Source: Bacteroidota bacterium
Lineage (GTDB): Bacteria; Bacteroidota; Bacteroidia; Bacteroidales; FEN-979
Assembly: GCA_026391715.1 (NCBI GenBank)
Contig: JAPLDO010000078.1
Coordinates: 137,712-201,711 of the forward strand
DNA: 64,000 bases
Direction of reading: 5' to 3'
The translations under genes were made by a program, and so were the position numbers. Positions within the stretch are counted from its first letter, which is position 1. Each line of letters begins with the position of its first letter. Under the pieces are notes generated by a model. It was not told where the DNA came from and did no database searches. It worked only from the letters and a program-made list of their open reading frames with translations. Of this stretch, positions 1 through 8,939 are shown piece by piece.

Positions 1-1
1 T

Positions 2-337
2 AAAAAATTTGAAGGATATACAGTTCCCGGCGACCAGGTTGATCAATATAGCGACGAGGTTAAAACAGCCTTTAAAATGGGTTCTCTGTTTTATAAGAAA
101 TTCCGCGGAATGAGCACTAAAGAGGTTCAGGCTCACCTCGGAAACGAGCTGCGATCATCAGAGGGCGTTACAAGAATGATTCAGGTTGAATATACAATAG
201 CCGGCTGGGTGGATAATTTTAAAGACTATCTTTCATCTGCAATGTCTTATACCGATAGTAAAGACCTGATTAGTTTTACCGGTAAACCAGATTGGAATTT
301 AATAACACAAAATAGTCTGAACCGGTTTAATAAATAA
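2..337 (+). CDS. hypothetical protein, C-terminal part (frame open to left window edge)
   Basis: Frame 2 is uninterrupted from nt 2 to the stop at 335-337, so the ATG at 77 is probably internal. No recognisable motif. Confidence 0.35.
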   Translation, partial: KKFEGYTVPGDQVDQYSDEVKTAFKMGSLFYKKFRGMSTKEVQAHLGNELRSSEGVTRMIQVEYTIAGWVDNFKDYLSSAMSYTDSKDLISFTGKPDWNLITQNSLNRFNK

Positions 338-373
338 AATCGAAAATCAATTGCACTCTGCTTAAGCTCACTG

Positions 374-1738
374 TTACAGAGAAAAGGGTTTAACATACTT
401 TGCGGTATCAAAATCTATCGGAAGATCATCCGGGTTTCTGTAGATATTGGCTTTATCGCTGTTATGATAAGTCATTCGCGCGCCAAAATTCAATGAAAAG
501 TACAAAAGAGTTTCCGGTATTCCCATCAGAATATGAGGTAAGGCGCGATAAAAAATGGAACTCACACCGTAAGTAGTTTCTCTTATTTCAGCATAACCTT
601 CCCGCAGCCTTTCAGGAGAAATATTTTTGGGGGAAATAACCACCTTTTTAGTATCATATTTACTCCAGTCGTCTGTCAGAATCCTTCTCTGGGCTTTAAG
701 ATTTTCAAACACCTGGGTTCCCGGGTAAGGCGTCATCAAACAAGCCTGAAGAAATGCAGGTTTCGATTTCAATAAAAAATTATGGGTAATATCAAAAACG
801 GCTTCCGTGTCGCTGTCAAGTCCAAAAACAACGGAAGCCATAGTAAGAATCCCATTATTTCTCAACCTTTTGATCGCCTCGACATTTTCATCAACCGTTT
901 TTAATGTTTTTCGGTAAGCTCCTATCCCCGCTTCGGTCATTGACTCAAACCCGATGAGCAGGGCGCGGCAACCCGATTTATATGCCAGTTTCATCAATTC
1001 TTCATCTTTGGAAAGGTTGATCGAAGCCTGCCCGACCCAGATTTTTTTTAATGGAATCATCTCAGTAAAAAGCTCGGTGGCAAACTTCTTATCCATGGCT
1101 ACATTGTCATCCACAAAAAAAAGGTGTTTCTGAGGACATGATTCGGCGTCGGTTACAATATCGCGGATTAGTTTATGCCGCTGCTTTTTTCCGAAGAATC
1201 TGGATACTGAACAAAAGTCACAATTGTAGGGACATCCCCGCGTTGCTTCAATGGGGGCAATTTCCAACTTGCCTGATTTACATTTGATCAAATCCCGGCG
1301 AGGAAAAATATGTTCCTGAAGATCGGGTAATTTATCAAGTTTATAAAATGGTTTAATCTTGTGGTTTTTTGCGTCCGATAAAACCTCTGCCCAAAGCCCG
1401 CCTTCAGCTTCGCCAATCACAACGGCATCGCCGTACCTGATTGCTTCTTCCGGCATTGCGGTTGCATGAATACCTCCGAAAACAATCGTTTTCTCTCGTT
1501 TTTTAAACTCATTGGCAATTTCATAGCCTCTCAGGCAGGTCTGGCTCATCAATGATATCCCGATAAGGTCATAATCACTATCAAAGTCAATAATATCTCC
1601 ATAAACCTCTTCACAAACAAAAACTTCATGCTCAGGAGGAGTCATTGCAGCAATCAACGACAAAGTTAAATGGGGAATGGAAAACTGATTTGGCCGGATT
1701 TCGCTCTGAAGACATGGCGAAACAAGGAGAATTTTCAT
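374..1738 (-). CDS. B12-binding domain radical SAM protein
   Basis: Has an N-terminal cobalamin-binding-like region and the CxxxCxxC cluster motif RGCPYNCDFCSV. Length and layout are typical of class B radical SAM enzymes. Confidence 0.85.
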   Translation of the reverse strand: MKILLVSPCLQSEIRPNQFSIPHLTLSLIAAMTPPEHEVFVCEEVYGDIIDFDSDYDLIGISLMSQTCLRGYEIANEFKKREKTIVFGGIHATAMPEEAIRYGDAVVIGEAEGGLWAEVLSDAKNHKIKPFYKLDKLPDLQEHIFPRRDLIKCKSGKLEIAPIEATRGCPYNCDFCSVSRFFGKKQRHKLIRDIVTDAESCPQKHLFFVDDNVAMDKKFATELFTEMIPLKKIWVGQASINLSKDEELMKLAYKSGCRALLIGFESMTEAGIGAYRKTLKTVDENVEAIKRLRNNGILTMASVVFGLDSDTEAVFDITHNFLLKSKPAFLQACLMTPYPGTQVFENLKAQRRILTDDWSKYDTKKVVISPKNISPERLREGYAEIRETTYGVSSIFYRALPHILMGIPETLLYFSLNFGARMTYHNSDKANIYRNPDDLPIDFDTAKYVKPFSL

Positions 1739-1775
1739 AATTCGGACTTATTATAAGCGCTTTCAATTGCAATTG

Positions 1776-1783
1776 CAAAGTTA
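1776..1783 (-). promoter_or_regulatory. candidate Bacteroidota -7 box (TAACTTTG)
   Basis: Matches the TAnnTTTG consensus on the minus strand, 37 nt upstream of the ATG at 1738. Confidence 0.3.
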
Positions 1784-1899
1784 AGAAAAATCATACAATC
1801 AAGTTTTTGAACCTTGAGCTTTGGACATTGAACCTTCTCCGAAAAGTCATTTTTTTACAACATTGACACAATCATCATTCTATTGCACCTGCCATTAGA

Positions 1900-2036
1900 C
1901 CCCTTCCCCCCGACCCCCTTCCCCAAAAAGGGAAGGGGGAGCTGACGCTAATATGCCATAGCTCTGTTAATCATGGTATTATGCCGATTAGCGGGCCACT
2001 CCCCTCCCTTTTTGGGGAGGGGTTGGGGGTGGGGTA
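1900..2036. repeat. pair of inverted C/G-rich palindromic (REP-like) elements
   Basis: The left unit CCCCTTCCCCCCGACCCCCTTCCCCAAAAAGGGAAGGGGGAG lies at 1900-1941. The reverse complement of the right unit (1998-2036) is CCCCACCCCCAACCCCTCCCCAAAAAGGGAGGGGAGTG. Each unit contains its own 8-10 bp hairpin around an A5/T5 loop. Confidence 0.7.
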
Positions 2037-2139
2037 TAATGAAGGATGATATTACAAATAGCAGCGTTTTTGTTTTTTGGCTTTTCGGAGTGGACGCAAC
2101 CTCGAACTTTTTAACTGTGTGGTTTTATCCCGTTTTGAG

Positions 2140-2147
2140 TATATTTG
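2140..2147 (+). promoter_or_regulatory. candidate Bacteroidota -7 box (TATATTTG)
   Basis: Matches TAnnTTTG, 25 nt upstream of the ATG at 2173. Confidence 0.3.
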
Positions 2148-2172
2148 TCACCATTAACTTAAACTTTTCCAC

Positions 2173-3216
2173 ATGCCAAAAGAGATCGTTGCCAAAACCA
2201 GTACCAAAAATGAAATTTTTGACGCGTATGAATCGCTGCTTAAAAAAGTAGCCGACCTTGATAATATGAAACCCCAGGAGATCAGGGAAAAAGAGGAAAA
2301 ACAGACGTTGGTGAAAAAAGTATCGGAAATGACTCCCGACAACATTATTCGCGGAATAGCCGATCTGAAACTGAAAGTTGCCGCCTCATTTGATCAGGTT
2401 GAGGATTCGCTGCTGGCAGAACAAAAGAAACTTTCCGAAATCCGGCAGGCTATCGAAGTGCAGAAAACCATGATAGATGAACTGTACCAGGTTAAAATCA
2501 CAGCCGATTCGCTGGCGGCAATGTTGCTTGCGCACAAAGAGAAAAAGCTGCAACTGGAGGCTGAAGCGCGGGAACTGAAAATTGCGCTGGATCAAAAACG
2601 CGAAGATTTCGACGCTGATATGACCCAGAAAAAGGCTGACTGGGACAAGGAAAAAACCCGCATCCAGACTGACTTGAAAGAGGAAAAAGAACGTGTGCGC
2701 AAAGAACACCAGCGCGAAGAAGAGGAATTTAATTACAATCTTCAGATAAAACGACGCAAAGAACAGGATGAGTATAACGAAAAACGCAAAAAATCTGAAT
2801 TTGACTTTGCCTCAAAAAAATCTGAAACTGAAAATATCCTTCAGGAACGCGAAGATGCAGTAGCCATAAGAGAACAGGATTTCGGTCAGCTTCATTCCAG
2901 AGTTGCAAAGTTTGAAGATGATCTGGCAAAGGCTGTTAAAGATGCAGAAAAAAGCGCCACCGATAAACTGAAAATGCAGGTTGGGTTTGAAAAAGAACTA
3001 TTGCTGAAAGAGCATGAAGGAATTCTCAAACTGAAGGAACAGACCATCCTGTCGCTCGAAAACCGTTTAAAAGAACAGGAAAACTACGTCAAACAACTCA
3101 ATCAGAAAGCTGAGCTTGCCGATCGGAGCGTTAAAGATATCGCAATCAGAGCTATTGATAGTTCAGCTAAAATTCAGGTGATCGAAACCCCGGCGGGGAA
3201 AAAGAGTGGGGAATGA
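2173..3216 (+). CDS. coiled-coil protein, Glu/Lys-rich, function unknown
   Basis: A 347-aa ORF with strong heptad-like charged composition (KEKKLQLEAEARELK, EKERVRKEHQREEEEF). No catalytic motif. Confidence 0.6.
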   Translation: MPKEIVAKTSTKNEIFDAYESLLKKVADLDNMKPQEIREKEEKQTLVKKVSEMTPDNIIRGIADLKLKVAASFDQVEDSLLAEQKKLSEIRQAIEVQKTMIDELYQVKITADSLAAMLLAHKEKKLQLEAEARELKIALDQKREDFDADMTQKKADWDKEKTRIQTDLKEEKERVRKEHQREEEEFNYNLQIKRRKEQDEYNEKRKKSEFDFASKKSETENILQEREDAVAIREQDFGQLHSRVAKFEDDLAKAVKDAEKSATDKLKMQVGFEKELLLKEHEGILKLKEQTILSLENRLKEQENYVKQLNQKAELADRSVKDIAIRAIDSSAKIQVIETPAGKKSGE

Positions 3217-3257
3217 GGGACGAGAGACGAAGGACGAGGGACGAAGGACGAAGGACT
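3216..3257 (+). repeat. heptanucleotide tandem repeat (AGGGACG/AAGGACG/AGAGACG) x6
   Basis: Six consecutive 7-nt units start at the last base of the TGA stop of the 2173-3216 ORF. Confidence 0.9.
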
Positions 3258-3276
3258 TAATATTGAATTTTGACTT

Positions 3277-4260
3277 ATGAAAAAAAGGATTTTAATTACC
3301 GGCGCCGACGGCTTTATCGGCTCGCATCTTACGGAACTGCTGCTTGAGCAAGGCTTCAATGTCAGAGCGCTGGCATATTACAACTCTTTCAATTACTGGG
3401 GTTGGCTCGAAGATATTCCTTCTCACACCAATCTGGAAATAGTGACAGGCGATGTGCGCGATTCCCATTTTGTAAAGCATATCATGCAGGATATTGACGT
3501 GGTCTTTCATCTTGCAGCCTTGATTGCAATTCCATATTCCTATCATGCGCCGGATTCTTATGTTGACACAAACATCAGGGGAACGCTCAACGTTTGCCAG
3601 GCAGCCCGCGAGTTGGGCGGGATTCGCGTGATTATTACCTCTACCTCCGAAGTGTATGGAACGGCTCAGTATGTGCCAATTGATGAGAAACATCCGAAAC
3701 AGGCTCAGTCGCCATATTCAGCTTCAAAAATTGGAGCGGATGCAATGGCGATTAGTTTTTACAACGCATTTAATTTGCCGGTAACAGTAGCGCGTCCTTT
3801 TAATACTTATGGACCGCGACAATCGGCGCGGGCGATTATCCCTACAATTATCACCCAGATTGCCGCCGGGATGAAGGAGATAAATCTGGGCGACCTCACT
3901 CCTACGCGCGATTTCAACTTCGTAAAAGATACTGCCCGCGGATTCCTCGCCGTAGCCGGATGCGATGAAACAATTGGCAAAGAGATCAACATCGCGTCGA
4001 ACACCGAGATTTCTATGGCTGATACATTAAATTTGATAAGGGATTTAATGCAAAGCGACATCAAATTCATTACCGATGAACAACGGCTCCGTCCCGAAAA
4101 TTCTGAAGTATTCCGGTTGAAAGGCGATAATTCAATGATCACAACTTTAACCGACTGGCGTCCAAACTACACGCTTGAAAAAGGCTTGAGCGAAACCTGC
4201 GAATGGTTTAAAAAACCCGAAAATCTTCGGAAATACAAGGCAGGAATCTATAATCTGTAA
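3277..4260 (+). CDS. NAD-dependent epimerase/dehydratase (extended SDR family)
   Basis: Has the Rossmann motif GADGFIGSH, the catalytic YSASK (YxxxK) and the upstream STSEVYG motif. Confidence 0.9.
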   Translation: MKKRILITGADGFIGSHLTELLLEQGFNVRALAYYNSFNYWGWLEDIPSHTNLEIVTGDVRDSHFVKHIMQDIDVVFHLAALIAIPYSYHAPDSYVDTNIRGTLNVCQAARELGGIRVIITSTSEVYGTAQYVPIDEKHPKQAQSPYSASKIGADAMAISFYNAFNLPVTVARPFNTYGPRQSARAIIPTIITQIAAGMKEINLGDLTPTRDFNFVKDTARGFLAVAGCDETIGKEINIASNTEISMADTLNLIRDLMQSDIKFITDEQRLRPENSEVFRLKGDNSMITTLTDWRPNYTLEKGLSETCEWFKKPENLRKYKAGIYNL

Positions 4261-4272
4261 CCTCGACCATCC

Positions 4273-5508
4273 TTGCAAAAAATCGAAATCACCGCGCCTG
4301 TGGGTACATGGGAATCACTTGCTGCGGCAATCAATGCCGGAGCTGATTCAGTATATTTTGGCGTTGGAATACTGAATATGCGGGCGCGTTCGGCGGCAAA
4401 TTTCACCTTGCGCGACCTGGTAAAAATCGCCCGGATATGTCGAAAGAATAATGTGAAAACTTACCTCACTCTGAATACGGTCATATTTGATCACGAAGTG
4501 AAACTAATGAAAAAAATTGTTTCTTCGGCATGGAAAAATAACATTGACGCCATAATTGCCTCCGACCAGGCGGTGATTCAATATGCAAACCAGATTGGAA
4601 TAACCGTTCATTTAAGCACGCAAACTAATGTTACAAATTTCGGCGCCGTGAAATACTGGGCGCAGTTTGCCGATGTAATGGTGACAGCGCGCGAACTAAA
4701 TCTTGACCAGGTGGCGGCGCTTACGAGAGCTATCAAAAAGAATAAAATCACCGGGCCAACCGGAAAACCTGTGAAGATTGAGATTTTTGCCCACGGCGCT
4801 CTTTGTATGGCAGTTTCAGGAAAATGTTACCTGAGCCTCGACCATTACAACGCCTCGGCAAACCGAGGCGCGTGTTATCAGCTTTGCCGCCGACCTTACC
4901 TTGTCGCCGATAAGGAAACCGGGATCGAATTAGAGATTGACAACGAATACATCATGTCGCCCAGAGATTTGTGCACTATCGGCTTCCTCGATAAGATTCT
5001 CAAAGCCGGCGTTTCTGTTCTCAAGATTGAAGGGCGCGGAAGAAGTCCGGAGTATGTAAAAACGGTTGTATCCTGCTACCGCGAGGCTGCCGACGCAGCG
5101 ATTGGCGGAACCTATACTCCTGAACTTGTTGAAAAGCTGATGGAGCGGCTTAAAACTGTTTACAACCGAGGTTTCTGGGACGGCTATTACCTCGGACAGA
5201 AACTTGGCGCTTGGGCTGAGCAGAATGGATCGGCAGCAACACAATCCAAAGAGTATGTGGGGAAAATCACCAATTATTTCACAAGACTCAAAGTGGCTGA
5301 AATCAAGATGGAATCGGGAGAGCTTAACCCAGGCGACCGGGTTTACATCCAGGGCGCTACTACCGGGTCAATCGAACTCACAATTCCCGAAATTCGCGTT
5401 GATCTGAAACCAGTTGAAAAAACAGTCCGGGGCGAACGATGCAGCATTTACGTTGAGACTTTCCTCAGGCGGTCAGACAAGGTTTATAAGATCGTTGACG
5501 CCACTTAG
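4273..5508 (+). CDS. peptidase U32 family protein
   Basis: Carries the U32 signature EIFAHGALCMAVSGKCYLS. It uses a TTG start and is about 410 aa, as is typical for the family. Confidence 0.85.
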   Translation: MQKIEITAPVGTWESLAAAINAGADSVYFGVGILNMRARSAANFTLRDLVKIARICRKNNVKTYLTLNTVIFDHEVKLMKKIVSSAWKNNIDAIIASDQAVIQYANQIGITVHLSTQTNVTNFGAVKYWAQFADVMVTARELNLDQVAALTRAIKKNKITGPTGKPVKIEIFAHGALCMAVSGKCYLSLDHYNASANRGACYQLCRRPYLVADKETGIELEIDNEYIMSPRDLCTIGFLDKILKAGVSVLKIEGRGRSPEYVKTVVSCYREAADAAIGGTYTPELVEKLMERLKTVYNRGFWDGYYLGQKLGAWAEQNGSAATQSKEYVGKITNYFTRLKVAEIKMESGELNPGDRVYIQGATTGSIELTIPEIRVDLKPVEKTVRGERCSIYVETFLRRSDKVYKIVDAT

Positions 5509-5515
5509 GATCTCT

Positions 5516-7036
5516 TTAATCCATTTCTTCGGCAAGCCAGGCGCCAACAGCTCTTTTGTCGGCGTCAAAGCCAATGCCGAGGAGTATTCGTTTCTTCGCC
5601 GTGTCGCTGTATTTGTCGGCGTAACGTTTGTTTTTAATCTGGTCCATCGCCTGTTGAGAAGCGCCAAGTTTAAACTCAACAATATACAGAAACCTGCCGG
5701 CGTCAATCACCACATCAATCCGTCCAAAGGAAGTAAGAACCTCGCACTGGGTTTCGAAGCCGAGCATTTTTACTGCGAGGTAGAAAATGCTGTGGAAGTA
5801 ATTCTCTTTTTTTTCTATCTGCTGGTATGTCAGGCTCGTGAAAAGCGAAGCAAGAAGCGTCATGAACATCTCGGTATTTCCTGTTGTTAACGACATTTTC
5901 ATGCGTCGCAGTAACGATTCGTTTTCATAAGCAGGAGTTTCATTTAACATTGAAAGCAACATTTCATACCACGACTCGCGAACTTCGAGGTTAGGATAGT
6001 CCAACTCCAAGATTCTGTTTTTTTTCTCTTTTATTGTCAAGTACCCGGTTTGAAACAGTAAGCTTATCAGGTCAATACGGTCAACCTCAAATTTATCAAT
6101 GGCAATTTCATTGACGGTTGCGTTTTCAAGATCGGGTACATTTGCATTCAATGTTTTCACCAGCGTGGTGAGGAAGGTAGGCGTGCCGGTTTTAAACCAG
6201 AAGTTTTCAAACGTATATCTGTCAAACAAATTGAGTATCGAAAATGGGTTATACACGAAATTTACGCCATCCCAGGAATAACCGTTGTACCATTTTTTTA
6301 TGAGTTCGTCGGTTTCATCTCCGAAGCTCTGCCTGAGCGCTTTCAGATGATCCGGGAAAAATAAAACGATCTCTTCCCATGTCAATCCCAAAAGTTTTGA
6401 ATAACGAGGGTGAAGCGTAATATCATTCAGATTGTTCAGGTCGCTGAAAATGCTGACATGACTGAACTTGGAAACCCCGGTAAGGAATACGAAGTGCAAA
6501 AAGGGATCAAGAGGTTTGATGACGGAATAAAAGTTTTTCAGGATATCGCGGTTTTCAACAGCTTGAGGAACATCCTCCAGATAGTCAATTATAGGTTTAT
6601 CGTACTCATCAATCAATACAACAACAGACCCGCGTTCAAATAATTTTTCAACCAGTTCCCTGAACATCTGATCGTAGGTATTGCCGGTCAAAACCACGGC
6701 ATATTTAGCCGCTTCGCGTTTAATAATACTTTTCAGCGCTTCGGGCAGTCCATTCGATTTATATCCCGATCCGCTCATGTCAATATGAATAACCGGATGA
6801 ACCGACCAGTCAATCTTTTCCTCAATCCACAGACCTTTAAACAGTTTTTTATTGCCGAGGAAAATCTGTTTCAGCGTATCTACCAGCAGGGACTTACCAA
6901 AGCGGCGCGGACGCGACAGGAAGTAATATGATCCGCCATTTATCAGATTGAAGATCAGCTCGGTTTTATCTACATAAATGCAATTTCCATCAATTAGCCT
7001 GCTTAATGTCTGCTTACCTATCGGAAGATTTTTCAT
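5516..7036 (-). CDS. AAA-ATPase-like domain protein with C-terminal PD-(D/E)XK nuclease-like domain
   Basis: The N-terminus (PIGKQTLSRLIDGNCIYVDKTELI ... YFLSRPRRFGKSL) and the C-terminus (GRIDVVIDAGRFLYIVEFKL) match the common Bacteroidota AAA-ATPase_like/PDDEXK_9 architecture, recognised from memory. Confidence 0.75.
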   Translation of the reverse strand: MKNLPIGKQTLSRLIDGNCIYVDKTELIFNLINGGSYYFLSRPRRFGKSLLVDTLKQIFLGNKKLFKGLWIEEKIDWSVHPVIHIDMSGSGYKSNGLPEALKSIIKREAAKYAVVLTGNTYDQMFRELVEKLFERGSVVVLIDEYDKPIIDYLEDVPQAVENRDILKNFYSVIKPLDPFLHFVFLTGVSKFSHVSIFSDLNNLNDITLHPRYSKLLGLTWEEIVLFFPDHLKALRQSFGDETDELIKKWYNGYSWDGVNFVYNPFSILNLFDRYTFENFWFKTGTPTFLTTLVKTLNANVPDLENATVNEIAIDKFEVDRIDLISLLFQTGYLTIKEKKNRILELDYPNLEVRESWYEMLLSMLNETPAYENESLLRRMKMSLTTGNTEMFMTLLASLFTSLTYQQIEKKENYFHSIFYLAVKMLGFETQCEVLTSFGRIDVVIDAGRFLYIVEFKLGASQQAMDQIKNKRYADKYSDTAKKRILLGIGFDADKRAVGAWLAEEMD

Positions 7037-7052
7037 GTTGATTTTATTACAG

Positions 7053-7060
7053 CAAACTTA
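7053..7060 (-). promoter_or_regulatory. candidate Bacteroidota -7 box (TAAGTTTG)
   Basis: Matches TAnnTTTG on the minus strand, 16 nt upstream of the ATG at 7036. Confidence 0.3.
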
Positions 7061-7267
7061 CATAAAATTGGCGGAATCAGTCCGGCTTATTCTGTACCGC
7101 CAGATCAAAAAAACTTTATAAACACCTCTTCGGAACAATAGGCGCAAAACCTATCCAACACAACGCCCAGGGGGCATAATGTGGCTTACAAATTCAATAA
7201 TCTAACGGAAGAGGAAATTAACCTGATGGAAAAGGCAAAATAGAAACCGAAAGACCTCTATTTCTGA

Positions 7268-7960
7268 TCAGAACGGCATTAGCAAAAACCCTATTGAGAT
7301 TGGGTACATATCAACTCCGCTATCCTTTTGAAAAACACTTGAAAGCGAATAATAGGCGTTTACATGAAACCACTTGTATCCAACGCGCAAGGTGGGACCG
7401 TAAGCAAATTTTTCAATATTTTGAATATCCTTGAAAGAGACTTTGAGTGTATTGTTGGTTGTAAAAAGATAGTCATCGCCAACCCATTTTGCGTGACTGT
7501 AAACCATATACCCAACCTTGAAGCCGACTCCAAGCGCAAATTTGCTCTTTGTTTTTAACCGAAATTCAAGCGGAATTTCCAGGTAGGGAAGTGTAAGTTT
7601 GCTACGCTTGTATCCGAGGTTATCAATTTTAACAAATTGAAAAGAAGCGCTGTCACCCTGAAACCTGTAATTCCAATATAGGTTATGTACGCTGATGCCT
7701 ATCCCTATGGCGAAACTAAGGTTGCTTTTTCCAAAAGGCATATTGTACATCCCATTCACCTGGACGCCCTGGTTTATTGTGCGGGTTTTCATGCCATCAG
7801 GAACATTCATCCAAATATCGGTGAACAATCCTATGCCGATACTTACCCGTTTTTTCGTTGCTTCATTAACCACCTGAGACTGCACCTTAACCGGACTCAG
7901 TATAACGCCTGACAGCATAACCAATGAAATGCTGAACACTATTTTCTTGAAAGGATTCAT
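7268..7960 (-). CDS. outer membrane beta-barrel protein (porin-like)
   Basis: Has a signal peptide, alternating hydrophobic beta-strand pattern rich in aromatic residues and Gly, and a C-terminal Phe. Confidence 0.6.
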   Translation of the reverse strand: MNPFKKIVFSISLVMLSGVILSPVKVQSQVVNEATKKRVSIGIGLFTDIWMNVPDGMKTRTINQGVQVNGMYNMPFGKSNLSFAIGIGISVHNLYWNYRFQGDSASFQFVKIDNLGYKRSKLTLPYLEIPLEFRLKTKSKFALGVGFKVGYMVYSHAKWVGDDYLFTTNNTLKVSFKDIQNIEKFAYGPTLRVGYKWFHVNAYYSLSSVFQKDSGVDMYPISIGFLLMPF

Positions 7961-8023
7961 ATAATTGTTTTTACTTTACAAATGTAGCTTTTTATCAAAC
8001 GTCCTGTCGCCCGGAAAATTGGA

Positions 8024-8932
8024 TCATCCCCATAAGTTTTCCGGATAAACCCCTTTCTGAATAAGAGCGCGAATACTTTTTATAACATGCAAACGATCCT
8101 CCTTGTAAGTCATCCCAAACCACTGTTCATCGCAATTAAGGATTTTCACTGAAGCCTGTTGCGACTTTATAAGCGAGTTAACCATGCTTGGAATATAAAA
8201 CTCCGACTTGAGATCGCTTCCATTTTTAAGAATGAACTCTTCAAACCCGGATTTAAGGTAATCGAAAAACGATGGGGAAAAACCCCAGAAGTTCATAGAA
8301 ACGATAGTGTTATTCTCAATTTCTACAAATTTGCCCTGATCGTTTTTATAGACTACCCCGCCAGACGAGCGTTCAATGTGAGTTCGTTCAACCACATCCA
8401 CGAGGAGAGCGTCGGCGTTTGTTTCGCAAACCCCGCGCGAAACGGCTCCAAATTCCGACAGGGTATTGGCAAGGCGGTAACCCACCATGCAATAATCGTT
8501 GGCTCTTGCGGGGTTCCAGTCTTTGTAATAATCGGCAAGAGTCTGAAATGCGCCGCGTCCGTAAAAATCATCGCCGTTAATAACGGCAAAGGGTCCGTTG
8601 ATCTTTCCGTCTGCCATCATTACGGCATGACCGGTTCCCCAGGGTTTGCTGCGGTTGTCGGGAATTTCGATCCCTTCGGGAACCATCCATGTTTCCTGAA
8701 AAACGTAATCAATGTTCACCTTGTCTTTCAGTCGTTCCACAAAAGCCTCCTTGAAATCATCTTCAATTGCCTCCTTGATGATGAAGATCACTTTGTTGAA
8801 TCCGGCGCTGAGGGCGTCATAGATTGAATAATCAATGATGGTTTCTCCCGAAGGACCAATCTGGTCGAGCTGTTTAAGCCCGCCATAACGGCTGCCGATA
8901 CCGGCGGCAAGAATCAATAAGGTTGGTTTCAT
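8024..8932 (-). CDS. sugar-phosphate nucleotidyltransferase
   Basis: The N-terminal motif LILAAGIGSRYGGLKQLD begins at the internal ATG at 8932. The longer ORF (to 9085) would overlap the upstream transporter gene. Confidence 0.75.
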   Translation of the reverse strand: MKPTLLILAAGIGSRYGGLKQLDQIGPSGETIIDYSIYDALSAGFNKVIFIIKEAIEDDFKEAFVERLKDKVNIDYVFQETWMVPEGIEIPDNRSKPWGTGHAVMMADGKINGPFAVINGDDFYGRGAFQTLADYYKDWNPARANDYCMVGYRLANTLSEFGAVSRGVCETNADALLVDVVERTHIERSSGGVVYKNDQGKFVEIENNTIVSMNFWGFSPSFFDYLKSGFEEFILKNGSDLKSEFYIPSMVNSLIKSQQASVKILNCDEQWFGMTYKEDRLHVIKSIRALIQKGVYPENLWG

Positions 8933-8939
8933 AATGAGG

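Noticed and set aside
1973-2251. ORF 1973-2251 (contains PFLGRGWGWG)
   Set aside because: It reads through the G-rich palindromic repeat and into the start of the coiled-coil gene, so it is a repeat-derived artefact.
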